64,000 nt of DNA from Octopus vulgaris. Its lineage: Eukaryota. The notes under the pieces were generated by a model. That model was given only the letters and a program-made list of their open reading frames with translations. It was not told the DNA's origin and made no database searches. Below are positions 13,937 through 27,187 of the stretch, one piece after another. The position numbers and the translations under genes are program-made. Positions within the stretch are counted from its first letter, which is position 1. Each line of letters begins with the position of its first letter. The stretch is from NCBI GenBank assembly GCA_951406725.2, contig OX597822.1, forward strand, positions 23,560,001-23,624,000. The letters run 5' to 3'.

Positions 13937-14233
13937 GCATATTGTCCAACAGTAACACATATTTATGGGATAGCACAGATCGAATTACAAATCCGTTACC
14001 ATTCCATAAGCAAGAAACACATCTGGACAATATACGGACTCACACGCCTCGACAACAAGACGAGCACTCTCATTTACTCAAAAGACAAGATTAATAGATA
14101 AATGATATAATAAAATAAATTCAAATTATGCAACAGAAGCCATTTTATAACTTAAGCAGTGCCAGTCCATGAACTGTTCAAACGCCAGAAGCTGTAATTT
14201 TCCGTCCGAGAAAAATCCCTTTACAAGACATAT

Positions 14234-14466
14234 TCTCTTTTTTATTTTAATTGTTTCAGTCATTTAACTGCGGCCATGCTGGAGCACCGCCTTTAGTCGA
14301 GCAAATCGACCCCGGGACTTATTCCTTATAACCCTAGTACTTATTCTATCTGTCTCTTCTTCCGAACCGCTAAGTTACGGGGACGTAAACACAACCCATC
14401 GGTTGTCAAGCGATCTTGGGAGGACAAACACAAACATATACACACACATAGATACACATACATACA

Positions 14467-14540
<74 letters not shown>

Positions 14541-14653
14541 ACACACACACACACATACATATGAATAGATATGTGTGAATGAGCGTATGTGTGCGCGCAT
14601 TCATGTATGTTGGTGGTACAAAGTATCATTTATCTTTATCAATATACTTTATC

Positions 14654-14717
<64 letters not shown>

Positions 14718-14871
14718 GATATGTTTCATCAGTTTCCGTCTACCAAGTCCACGTCCACAAGGACCGAGGCTATAGTAGAAGACACTTTCCACAAGGTACC
14801 ACGCAGTGGGACTGAACCCGGAAACATGTGGTTGTTAAGCAAACTACTTACCACACAGCCACTTCTGCGCC
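14234..14871 (-). mobile_element. CORE-like SINE, full length, with expanded internal microsatellite
   Basis: Head ...acacagccacttctgcgcc and tail ttgtttcagtcatttaactgcggccatgctggagcaccgcc. Confidence 0.9.
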
Positions 14872-15461
14872 TATGTAAAGAAAAAAAAATCAAAAACAGA
14901 ATAAACAAAAAACCTAGTATACTTCAGAGCTGGGCGAAGTGAAAACAAGAGCGACAGATACAGTATTTCGCCATAATTAGATTAATTGTGATACTGATAA
15001 TATTTACATTATGAGATTATTTCTGTTGTAAAATTTGCGACACAACTACAAATCAGCAAATCAGAAAATAGCTTATACACTAACTGTCTATACTAGAGAC
15101 TAGCGATTCTGATTTCGTTTCGGGAGTAAGGTGACTACGCGGTATTGACAAGTCGCAATTGCAGCGAAACCCGTCGTTCTCGTCTTCAATTCTGGGGCAA
15201 TTTCTTTTGACCTAGCCCTGAAACATACTGTGTTTCTTTGAACAACGTACAGCATCTTCTGGCGTTTAAACAACACACGTACATTGAATATGTGGTGTTG
15301 GTAATATTTGCAATGAAATATACTTTTTACCACAAACATCAATGAGTGCTCGTACACCCCACCCCACGTCTTCTCTCTAAAGCACATACTATATCAACTA
15401 TACAACACATGCACACGCTTCCACCACGTATAAACACACACAAGAACGCAAACATTCATAA

Positions 15462-15696
15462 GGCGGTGAGCTGGCAGAATCGTTAGCACGCCGGGCGAAA
15501 AGCGTAGCCGTATTTCGTCTGCCGTTACGTTCTGAGTTCAAATTCCGCCGAGGTCGACTTTGCCTTTCATCCTTTCGGGGTCGATTAAATAAGTACCAGT
15601 TACGCACTGGGGTCGATATAATCGACTTAATCCCTTTGTCTGTCCTTGTTTGTCCCCTCTATGTTTGGCCCCTTGTGGGCAATAAAGAAATAAGAA
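15462..15696 (+). mobile_element. Deu/Nin SINE, full length, long-tail variant, with probable TSD
   Basis: A/B boxes and Nin core. aaacattcat occurs at 15450-15459 and 15700-15709. Confidence 0.92.
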
Positions 15697-16669
15697 TGAA
15701 AACATTCATTTCAGTGTAAAAAAAAGGGGAAATCTAGCTGACCCTGTGGATAGCCCACGATTCATTTAGAAACCACCTCCAAGTACAACAGACCAATATG
15801 CCATTTTAAACGTTTTATTTATATATGTTACATATATATGTGTAAAGATACATATAATGTACATAGTGCCTAATTAGATATATAGAATGTAAAACAAATA
15901 AATCGAATAAATTTAACAAATGATTGAATCAATTGAAATAGAATATTTTACTCTTTTGTTATTCGAAGATAAACAATATTTTTCGAAAAAGTAAGAACTC
16001 TTTCAATTCCTACACATATGACAGCTAATGGTCTACACACACATACACGTGATCCTTCACCTGTTCACATACATATACACTCACTCAGCTCGTTGTCGTC
16101 TGTATTTGCGCGCACGCCAGTAGCGTTCGTATGTGTGCACGTGTGTACGTGCTAGCAGCGTTCGCTTAAATCTCTCCCCTTCTCTCTCTCTTTCTCTCGC
16201 TCGCACACACACTTTTACCATCCCGTTTCTACAGCGCGACAGATTTTTTACACCACAGGAGTCTACCTTTAGCAATTTTGATATAAATAAATTATACTAG
16301 AGATTTATCGTGAAAGTACATTCCACGGGTAGATAATTCACAATCAATGAAATCAGAACAACTGAGTGTAAGCGGTAAACTATAAAATCTTTTTTCGAAA
16401 TGATTGCGATCGTTATAATTGAATATCGATAATAACCAATAAAAGATAATTTAAAAGCAATTTCATTGCCTAGCTACTTAAATAAGAAACTAATTAAAGA
16501 TACAGTTAAAGTGAGTTATTGATTTTCTTATTTTTATATACGCACATTTTACATCACCACTGCCATCACAACCGATAATAAAAACAACAACAACAACAAC
16601 AACAATAATAATAATGATAATAATAATAATAATAATAATAGTAATAATAACAACAAGAGCAACAACAAT

Positions 16670-16980
16670 GGTTTCAAATTTTTGCACAGGGCCAGCAGTT
16701 TTTTTAAGGGGAGGGGGAATTCGATTAATAATAATGAAATATTGATAATATTTATTTCTCCTAAAGGCATAAGCCTTGAAATTTTATGAGGTGGGGGTTA
16801 GACGATTAAATCGGCTCCAGTGCTCAACTGGTACTTATTTTATCGATCCCAAAAGGTTGAAAGGCAAAGCCCACCTCGACGGAATTTGAACTCAGAACGT
16901 AAAACGAATTCAGATAGATGGATGAAATGGCGTGAAGATTTTTGTCCGGCATGCTAACGTTTCTGTCAGTTCGCTTCCCT
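16670..16980 (-). mobile_element. Diverged Deu/Nin SINE plus an extra tail fragment
   Basis: actggtacttattttatcgatcccaaaaggttgaaaggcaaag...ggaatttgaactcagaacgta. Confidence 0.8.
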
Positions 16981-19230
16981 AATAATGAAGATAATAATGA
17001 TAATAAAAATAAAGTTGTGAGTGTATGACATTTCTCTAACGCTGACATTATCTTTGTTATGACGGTCGTGTTGCAAACAAAATGCGTTACAGTGTATAGT
17101 TACGGCTCTTTTTGTCTTCAAACACGCCGATGTCAACGTTTAGCAATGGTAGTGTTTGGGCATGTTGTTGCTAATCTTTTCTTTGTTACATGTTGTTGTT
17201 GTTGCTTTCGTCACAGCCAAGAGTTGTGTTCACCTGGGAATAGTGAGAGAAAAATTTAGCGATATCGTTTTTGTGTGCGTTATTCCAACAGTTATTCATA
17301 CCTTTAATTTGCTATGCTACACGCCTTTTTTTTTATATTAAAGGAAAGTTTAAATTCGAGAAAACGTTTAAAAATTCCGCTACTAAAGGCCTAAACAGAA
17401 CGTAGCCGACCAGCTCTTTATGAACCTGTTTAGTTTGGCAACGAAACAGAACAAAAAATTTTACGTAGACTTTTTAAAAACATTTAAAAACAAAACTTTC
17501 AAGCCGGTTTGCTTGTTTTCTTATTCAGGCACAAGGCCAGTAATTTTTATGGAAGGGAAGTAGATGATACCATCCACCTCCACGTAGTATTTGACTAATA
17601 CATTTTTTGCCAACGCCGAGGGCATAAAAGACAAATTTAACTTGGTCAGAATTTGAGACTTTTTTTTATATAGTATCGGCTCGGGTAACTTTAAAGAGGT
17701 ATTTCAATTGGATTGGTGGTGGAACTATAAATTTTAAATTTTGCGATATATTCAACCGATAAAAATATTTTTCAAATCGGTATATGCACAGGAAATAACA
17801 TTAAAATACGATGTGTATACTTTTTATAATGTCTATACAAACCTAGAACGATGTTAGCTGAGGCATTTTGTCTCAGAAACTTTTCAAAGTGATTTGCGTA
17901 TTGAAGAAAAACTCAGAGCTCCTTCAGAATGTCACTGTTTTGACTTCATTTGTTCCCCTCAGTGACGAACACCTCTGGGCATTCTGAGCTCACCGGAAAA
18001 ACAATGTGACGCCTATGTAAAAGAAAATGCACATTTTGCACATTAATGATGCATTACAGACATACATCACTTCCGCTGTAATATGGAATACAGCTTTTCC
18101 GTTGACTGAAAAATCATTGTTTGTTCTGGTGTTGTCTAAGCAAACCATTTAAATTGACAAAGTGTTCTTCCCGTGGTGAAAAACATGTGAAACGTGGCGT
18201 GAAGGACTATCTGTTTCCCACGAAGCAGAAACGTTTTCATGTGGCACTAATTCAATATGAATAGAGAACGCTTCACGATCTTCTTCTGACACTAGTGATG
18301 TAGTATGTGTTATAACGATTGCATTGTAGGCAGTTGATTGTAACGAACGCAAACAAAATTAGCCTTTTTTATTTATTATATCTATTTTCATTTAGCTAAA
18401 CACCGGCGCTAAGCATTCCATATAGCTGTTTTGATTGATTTTTATGATTTAGAATATTACATAAAAAAAGTGATTGATGCATAGCAAAGTAGCTTAAATT
18501 TAAAGAAAAACAATTCAAACGTATGTTCGTACACACATAAGAAAATACAAAAAGTAAGTGAAATCTAACTTTTGAAAATAGATTAAATTTCAAATGAAGC
18601 GAAATAAAGTAGTCACTTGTTAATAACTGATTAGCCTACATATGAAATTAGATGGGAGGGAGAGAGAGAGAGAGAAAGAAGGAGAGGGAGAAAAAATACT
18701 TGAGTTGTTAATGTGTTTTGAGCGTTACAGACAGAGAAAATGTGACATTGAATATTTTATGCATCATCACAGCGAAAAATAATTCACTGATTTAAAATTA
18801 GTATGCACAATAAATTCCTCCAACAGCTTGTTCTCTTAGTTAACGTCTCTAATTTCTCTCTCTTCCTCTCTCTCTCTTTCTCTCTTAATTTGATCGCAGT
18901 CACGTGTTTATTCGTATTTTTGATCGTTGACACTCTCATATTTCCAGTCATGTGATTTTATTAATGTTTGTTCAGATTTCGTTGGGTAACATTTTCCATG
19001 ATTGTTCTCAAGCAGAAAAAGAAAAAAAAAAAAAAGAATGAGAAAAAGAAAAAAAGAAAGAAAGAAAGAACGAAAGAAAGAAAAATGCATGCAACAGCAA
19101 CAACGGAACCAGTCACAATTTTAAAGAAGGATCAGCAAACAACAGAATGATTTTGCAAAATTTTTGTCGAGGTCTAATAGGAACCGAAAGTCAACAAATG
19201 CAATTATGTTTTTCTAAATAGAATTATATA

Positions 19231-19445
19231 GAAGCGCGTGGTTTAGTGGTTAGGGTCTTGGACTCATGATCGTAAGATTGTGGTTTCGATTCTTAGACCG
19301 GGTGATGTGTTGTGTTCTTGAGCAAAAACATTTCATTTCACGTTGTTCCAATTCACTCAGCTGGTGAAAAGGAGCAATCCACGACGGACCGGCATCTCGT
19401 ATACGGAAGAATAATATACATCAGAGTAACCAAGAAACTGGCCCT
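19231..19445 (+). mobile_element. Older tRNA-derived CORE-like SINE
   Basis: gcgcgtggtttagtggttaggg (A-box), ggtttcgattc (B-box), gttgtgttcttgagcaaaaacatttc. Confidence 0.75.
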
Positions 19446-19550
19446 ACGCTCCTTACGGTAATGCGGATTAACCAATATAGAATTATGCATATAAAAACTG
19501 GCCATTAACGGAATTCAAAAAGAGATACCGACATGGCAATTTATCAATGA

Positions 19551-19940
19551 CTAGCAGTATTGTCCGGCGTCGCTCGGGTTTGATTTATTTTCGATCCTTT
19601 AGAATTGGAATTTTTGAAAAGTAAAAATTTTGCATTATGTAGCTTGTTATTCTCTTTAAGTGAACATTTTTCTGGTTGAAATACACCGAAAAATGGCGAT
19701 ACAGCAGTCAAAAAATCGTAAAAAATAGGGATTTTCATGGTAAAAAAAGCACCTTTTTGATGTAAATAACTTTTGGTCTTAACATGGTCCGATTTGAATT
19801 TTTTCTTCTACAGAATGAAGAGCAAGTCTTCTATCATACTCTCAATTTTGCTCAACTTGCACCGCAGGGTCTCGGAGGAGATAGTGTTAGTTGAAGCCTA
19901 CCAAACCTGCCACACACAGACAACTTCAGCTTTATATATA
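19551..19940 (-). mobile_element. Non-autonomous Helitron (variant)
   Basis: Minus-strand 3' end cccgagcgacgccggac-aatactg-CTAG|T shares its terminus with the copies at 33500 and 56550. Confidence 0.75.
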
Positions 19941-20216
19941 TTGGCAGCGGTTTGTTGTTGGGGTTGGTAATTTACCTATTTATAGTTTAAACATTCCTAG
20001 TTTAAACATACCTATGATCAAAAGCAATTAATCTATGACCATCTCTTTTTTCCAGACTGGTAAACTTAGGGCACCAGATTAGGTAACCAGTTAGGAGAGT
20101 CGTTAGAGCAGTGGTTCTCAGCTGGGTCCATATGCCCTTTAAAGGTTCATATAAGATTATTTTGTTAAAATTTATGTGCAATAATTTTATTCATTTCTAG
20201 GCACAGAAAGAAACGA

Positions 20217-20502
20217 CGCGGTCTTAACGATTACGCTATATGCCCGTAATGGTTAAGAGCACGGGCTACTAACCCCAAGATTGCGAGTTCAATTCCAGGC
20301 AGTGCCTTCAATAAATAATAATAATAATAATAATAACAACAGCATCAGCAAAAAATACCTTAGTAATGAGAACTCAGGGTTGGGTTCAAAATTCTACCAG
20401 GACACCTGATGAAGGCTAGAGAATAAATCAGCCGAAACGTTGTGTTAACAAAAAACAAGATGAGGATACATATCCGTCCAATGTAAATAATGTAAATAAT
20501 GT
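20217..20502 (+). mobile_element. tRNA-headed SINE with internal (AAT)n, hammerhead-like 3' module, (AATGTAAAT)n tail and inverted 5' piece
   Basis: gtaatggttaagagc..ggctactaacccc..gagttcaattcc head. 20217-20245 is the reverse complement of the element's own 5' end. Colinear with 52163-52424. Confidence 0.85.
20401..20446 (+). ncRNA. Minimal type I hammerhead motif inside the SINE tail
   Basis: gacac-CTGATGA(20406-12)-a-ggct...agcc-GAAA(20434-37)-CGTT-gtgtt. Stem I is 5 bp and stem II 4 bp. Palindromic AACGTT replaces stem III. Confidence 0.65.
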
Positions 20503-20709
20503 GAAGACTGTTCAGTCGTAACAATCGAACCTTTCGGTGAAAGTGGGATGGAAATGAACAATATATCTAGGACTACTACATCCAAAGTACCCTTTACTGT
20601 TTTGTTTTTTTTCAGTATTCAAGAGGTATGTAGCTGGTATTTGTAACAATCAAATCTGCCACACAGGGGTTTCTTCAGCAATTGATGTCAGCTAACATCT
20701 CATATATTT

Positions 20710-20935
20710 ATGTGTTTCTGTGTTTGCTTGACGCACTACACTGCTTGACCACCGGTGTTGATTTGTTTACGTCTCCATAACTTAGCGGTTCGGCAAAAGA
20801 GCCTGATATAATAAGTACTAGGCTAAAAAATAAAATCTCCCTGGGGCGATTTATTCGATTGATACCCTTCAAGACGGTGCCCCAGCATGGCCGCAGTCTC
20901 ATGACTGAAACGGGTAGATAAAAAAAAAATAAAAG
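20710..20935 (+). mobile_element. 3' half of the CORE-like SINE
   Basis: gcttgaccaccggtgttg...aacttagcggttcggcaaaaga...cagcatggccgcagtc. Confidence 0.8.
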
Positions 20936-21143
20936 ATACATGAGTCACATTCTAGGACTGAAATGAAATTGCTTAATCATGTTAATTAAGAAATTTCGAG
21001 ACGCCGCTGGACGGAAGCTTCTTACTGCCATTACACTGTGATACATACCGCTCTCCAACGTTAAAAGAGTAAAAACAACATATAGAAAAAATATACACAA
21101 TATCTCTACGACTGTGTGTGTTCTACAAATATATATATATATT

Positions 21144-21241
<98 letters not shown>

Positions 21242-21243
21242 CA

Positions 21244-21319
<76 letters not shown>

Positions 21320-21702
21320 CAAAGATTAGTGGGTTAACGAGTAGCGGGTGGGTCGTCTTTAGTTAGCAAAATGCTCTCCCTAGGGTATTTTCCCTGTCAG
21401 TCATAATGTGTGTTCCCGCGTTTCATTTATGATAGATCGGGTAACTAAACACAACAAAACGGCGGGAAGTAGCGATAAATCTGTCATATAAATTCAATTG
21501 CATTTTTTATTTGACTGTTGTTATTGTTTAGCCCTAGGCTAAGACCTTTCCAGTACACCTTTATTCAACGGCGTTCCTACCATAAATGTCTTGCTTATTA
21601 TTTTTGTTTTCAGCTGACACCGTATATCTAAGACTGCATTATCTAATGTCTCTTACATTTTTATTTTCTAACAAAAGCAAAAACAATTTAAAAAATCAGT
21701 GT

Positions 21703-22040
21703 AACAGCCGTGGCTGAATGGTTGAGAAACTTGCATCGCAACCTTGTGGTCTTGGGTTCATCCCCTCTGCGTGGCACCTTGGGCAAATATCCTCTACAAT
21801 GGCCCAGATTTGGGGCAGAAACTGAGAGAAGCCCGTCGTGTGTGTGTGCGTGTGTGTGTTCGCGTTTGCGTTTGTCCCGATCCACCGCTTGACAACCGGT
21901 GTGGGTTTGTTCACGTCTTCGTAACTTAACGGTTTGGCAAATAAGTACTGGTGTCGAGTTGTTCAGTTAAACCCTGCAGGGCGGTGCCCCAGTATGGCTG
22001 CAATCCAATGCCTGAACCAAGTAAAAGATAAAAAGATAAG
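21703..22040 (+). mobile_element. CORE-like SINE, diverged full-length copy
   Basis: gtggctgaatggttgaga..gggttcatcccctctgcgtggcaccttgggcaa..gtaaaagataaaaagat. Confidence 0.85.
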
Positions 22041-22585
22041 CAATATGATTTGAGGGTGATTTGATTACTATTTCTAACATTTCGATCGGCCACTTTAAAA
22101 AGGGGCCCCTCGCTGTGTCGTGTTGGTGTTACTGTTATTGTTATAGCAGTTTTTGTTTTCTAGCATCATTGGAACCTGCCGAACGAAAACATATTCTCGT
22201 TTTACATTTTTATCCTCGGCGCCATCATTAAATCTCTTTCTTACCTAATAAGTGAGTTTCATCGAAAGGAGACCCTGCTAGGAGGACCAACAAAGACGAT
22301 ATTATGATGAACTCCGTTCACAGTTTTCCTCGTCGTTTCTTTTCCTTATATTATTTCCATGTCTATATTTAGAATATATTCCGGAAGCAGGCAGGGGTTT
22401 AGTCTATAAGTTATTAAAGTACCTTGATTAGCTAGGGCTGGCCACCAGCCCCGTTCACTTTATGGCTAATGAAATCGGTGTATGTTTGATATATATCTCT
22501 GTGCGTATGTGCATATAGACACACGCACACACAAACGGACACACACATATACATATATATACACACAATATCTACACACACACAC

Positions 22586-22632
<47 letters not shown>

Positions 22633-22811
22633 ACATATACATATGTGTCCAATAAAAGACCTTCACTTAGCAGGAAGTAGGAGTGGAACCGGAAGACTAC
22701 CTATGTCGTAAAAGAAGAGAAGAATAGTGAGGGGTGGGAAGAAAAAGAGACAGACAAAAAGCTAAACAGAAAGATAGATAAATAGAGAAAGCTGAAGAGA
22801 GAGAGAGGGGG

Positions 22812-22881
<70 letters not shown>

Positions 22882-23274
22882 AGAAGAACTACTAAAATGT
22901 TGCTCCATGTGGAATTAATTGATATTCTCTGAGAATTTATAGGTTTTGATTGGTATCTTGAGGAGTTCGCCCATATTAATCTTTAATTTCATCATCCTCA
23001 TCAACCACTGGACATAACTGTCTAGGATCCCTAGGGTCAGTTACTCGGTTTCCGTGTCATGTAACTGACCGATATCATCACATCATCTCCTGGACGGGAC
23101 GCCAGTCCGTCGCGGACTTACTCATTTTGTCAGTCGAAAAAGTTCACACTTTTTCAAGCATTCGGTTGGGATTTTCAGTTTGAGGATAACTTCTTCCCTT
23201 CGCCTCTTACCTGTTGAAGACCATAAAAACTCAGAGAATCACGGATGGTGATATTCTTCCTGAGGGTAAAGTGT

Positions 23275-23596
23275 AAAGATCACCTTTGGTCATGAATGAC
23301 CGTTGGATTACACCTAGAAATTTACTCCCCCAAGCACGAGTCCGGTTGTTTATGGAAGAGCAGCAGTCGTCCATGTAAACCAGCTTCCCCTCTCCAGCCC
23401 ACCAATGGAAAGGCAAAGGCCAATACAGCTTTGCACCGGTGACGTAGCAATTCATTTCTACAGGTGAGTGAACTGGAGCAGTGTGAAATAAAGTGTCTTG
23501 CTCAAGAACACAACATGCAGCCCGGTCGGGGAATCGAATTCAATGCTTCATGATAGTGAGCCCGACGCTCTAACTACTGAGCCATGCGCCTTCACA
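23275..23596 (-). mobile_element. tRNA-derived CORE-like SINE with a different 3' tail
   Basis: Minus strand: ggcgcatggctcagtagttagagcg..ttcgattccc..tgtgttcttgagcaagacacttt. Confidence 0.8.
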
Positions 23597-23803
23597 ACTA
23601 AAAGGGGAAAAAATTAAATACCGTCGTGTTTTGGGGCTTTATCTGTCTCTCAGTTATCGGACTGGCATGATGGTTGCTGCATTCATAATTGAAAGGGATC
23701 AGCTGAGAAGTAGATACGAGCGGAAATCAGTCTTTGGGTTGCAGGATTGTTTCGCCGGAAGCTAACTTCTTACTCTACTGTGCTCAGCACTCGCACACTC
23801 TCT

Positions 23804-23866
<63 letters not shown>

Positions 23867-23918
23867 GCACACACACACACACACACACATAAGCGCACAC
23901 ACACGCTCATATCTAATA

Positions 23919-25038
23919 TCTACTACATATGTGTAAAATCGGTGTGTGTTTGTTTGTGGCGTTGTTAGCTAATTCTTACCACATCGTTTTATTGATTTTG
24001 ATGAAATTTGACACGTGATTAGAACTGATGTCTGGAAACCTCGTGACATACTTAGATTGTTAAAAAATCGATAATACGGCCGCTGGAAGGGGGCGTATTA
24101 ACGATTTTTATAACTAATTTTTTAATCACCCAAGGGAAATAACCCATAGCACCTGTACAATATTGTTTCAAGGGAAAACCCATTTCTTTGTTTGTGTTCG
24201 ATTACTTTGAATATTGATTTTTTTGTGTGTCCTATTTCTAATTTTTGCAGACAATATCACTTTTATACTTTCTTTGACACGTGAGTAGAACTCATGTCTG
24301 GAGGCCTCGTGACATACTTAGATTGTTGAAAAAAAATCGATAATAGGTCCCTTCCAATGGATCCTTCAACATATTAATAATATTATATTTAAACAACCCA
24401 AGGGAAATAACAAGTACCACCTGCAGATGTTAGCGAAGCGATCAATATTTCATTCTCACGATCAACCGACCTAATTATGCATTTCACTACTCACAGTTTT
24501 GAACTGCTAAACATTATTATTCACTTTCTTAATTCGAATCTTAAACATTAAAGACTTCATTCATACATTTCTACACATACATACATTTTTGAATGTCCAT
24601 TACTCCAATAATTCTGCATTTTTACAGTTACACTTTTTCCATGACAGTAGATAAATTTTTTATTCCACAACGTATTTGTAGTGGCTTCATGCAAGCATAG
24701 TGTGGATTCGATCCTCGATTGCCAAATTTCCCTTAACATTTCAACAGCGCTTTTCGCACGGTGAAGCAATAGTTTTTCTGTGAATAGTTATACATTTCCC
24801 AGATGTCGTCGCTAAGCAACATAATGTCTTTGCCTCTCACCAACCTCTGACAACCTCTCTCACCAACCTCTGACAATATTTCTCGCCAAGCTTCGGAAAC
24901 TTCTCTCGCCAACCTCCAACAATCTCTCCCCCCTCCAGCTTTTGTGGCAGTTATAACGAAATTGCTTTCTTATATCAGGGTTATAAGGCATTTCAATAGA
25001 ACATCTTTACCCCAGAAATTACCGGGCACACCAGCTAG
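23919..25038 (+). mobile_element. Non-autonomous Helitron with internal tandem duplication
   Basis: A|TCtactacat 5' end followed by tgtgtgtttgtttg and gattttgatgaaatttg. 3' end ccc..ggg hairpin remnant (25011-25026), then CTAG|T (25035-25039). Confidence 0.7.
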
Positions 25039-25044
25039 TATACA

Positions 25045-25114
<70 letters not shown>

Positions 25115-25201
25115 CAAAATAAGCAACAAGAATATCCAGAGGTAATGCATTACCTCTGGATATACATATACATACATACATACATACATACATAAATATA
25201 A

Positions 25202-25346
<145 letters not shown>

Positions 25347-26324
25347 CATGTGTATGTTCGTATGCATGTATGAATGTAAGCGTATGTATCCATATATATG
25401 TGTGTGGTTATGTGTATTTATGTGTATTTGTTTGTGTGTGTGTACGTACATATATGTATGTAACACATGCATATCATTCTTGATTACAACTGCCAGATGA
25501 ACGGGAACGTGAAACTCTGAGTAGCACCTTTTTCTGATATTTTTGAGATGTTTCTGCAGCTGTAATAGCAAAGCATGTTACTCTGCCTGCAGTATTCGAG
25601 TACCATTTTTTCCCACTTTGTTTCACATTTATGTGCTTACTTGGCTATGTATGTATGTATGTATGTATGTATGTATGTACGCACGCACGCACGCACGCGT
25701 ACACACACACACACACACACACACTCACAAGTGTCGTGAGTTCCAAATCCTCTCACTTCGTCTCCTTTACTAGTTTTCTCCCTCCTTTATCCTTTCACTC
25801 TCCTACTCTTCCACATTCCTCCCATTCCTCCTTCTCTTCTTCGCTTTCCCTCCCTCTGCCAATTATTATCTTTCTCACTCCTTCATTCCTGCATTTTCTC
25901 CCCATTAACCCTCACTTTGTCTCAAATTTTGTCTACAATCCTTCTCCTATCGCACATTTCAAATTGTATTTTACGTGAGGAATCGTAATTTGGGTTTTGT
26001 ATATGCTTTCATTTTCCATTGCCTCGCTTAACACTTTTCTTTTTCATAAACTGTATCACTCGAAACGTCAGACTCTCTTCCGTTTTTGTTTGGTGTATTT
26101 ATCTTCATTGTACATTTCTTTGATTTTTGTTTTTCCGCCTTATATTGCTAAACTTTTCCAGTCTTATGCTTTCAATGGTTTGATTTCTTCTTTTATCTTT
26201 TTTACTTGTTTCAATCGTTGGAATGTGGCTATTCAGAGGCAGTTTTCTTTGTCCCGTAAACTTGCCTATTTTATTTGTGTAATCTTTATATATTTTCTCT
26301 CTAACCAACCAGCCGTCCACCCCA

Positions 26325-26430
<106 letters not shown>

Positions 26431-26440
26431 GTCTATCTTC

Positions 26441-26494
<54 letters not shown>

Positions 26495-26820
26495 GTCTAT
26501 CTATCTATCTATCTAACTCGCTAGCTAGCTAAGCCGCCTATGTATCTGTCTACCTAGCCCTTACTCTTTCTCTCTCTCTTTCTATGTGTGTGTGTGTGTA
26601 TGTGTGTACCAAATTAATTCGTGTAAAAATCAATAAGAAGAGTACTCCATCTAATGAGAGTCTAATATTAATATAAATGCTTCCTGCTACATGCATTATA
26701 TGCGCTACGAATAATTTAACGTAAATAAGTACGTTCATCAGGAGCTTTCGTATGGCTTCCGTATCGCTTCACACCTGTCCTCTATTAAAAAGTAACCCTC
26801 TTGGTTAAATAGTTCAATCA

Positions 26821-26864
26821 GCGCCTGATGAACGTACTTACGTACGTGAAACTATTAGTAGTGC
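26821..26864 (+). ncRNA. Type I hammerhead ribozyme motif with all core nucleotides intact
   Basis: gcgc-CTGATGA-acgtac-ttac-gtacgt-GAAA-ct-att-ag-TA-gtgc. Stem I is 4 bp, stem II 6 bp and stem III 3 bp, with a GUA triplet. Confidence 0.8.
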
Positions 26865-27187
26865 AAATAATGTATGTAGTATGAAACATTTATCGTAATA
26901 TATATATATATATATATATTCCAAGAAAGTAAGAGGTTGTGAATCCAACCATCTAAGGGATAATGTCTATCCAATATACTGCTGGTAGAATACCCAATTA
27001 TTAATACACAACTGTTTTTTATTGCATTGCAATTACATTACCGAGTGTACTAAATGGGTGAAGGTAAAAAGATATTTTACCATTAATTTATAGAGCAATA
27101 AGAAAATGGAGGGGATCAACAGGTGGTTCTTCAACTTTTAGACATTATAATGTCTAAAAGTTGATGAGTCACCTGTTGATCCACTCC

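Noticed and set aside
20109-20200. hAT-like terminus cagtggttctca, plus lone TIR-like ends near 42647, 49950 and 59726
   Set aside because: Only one end is visible in each case, with no matching TIR or TSD.
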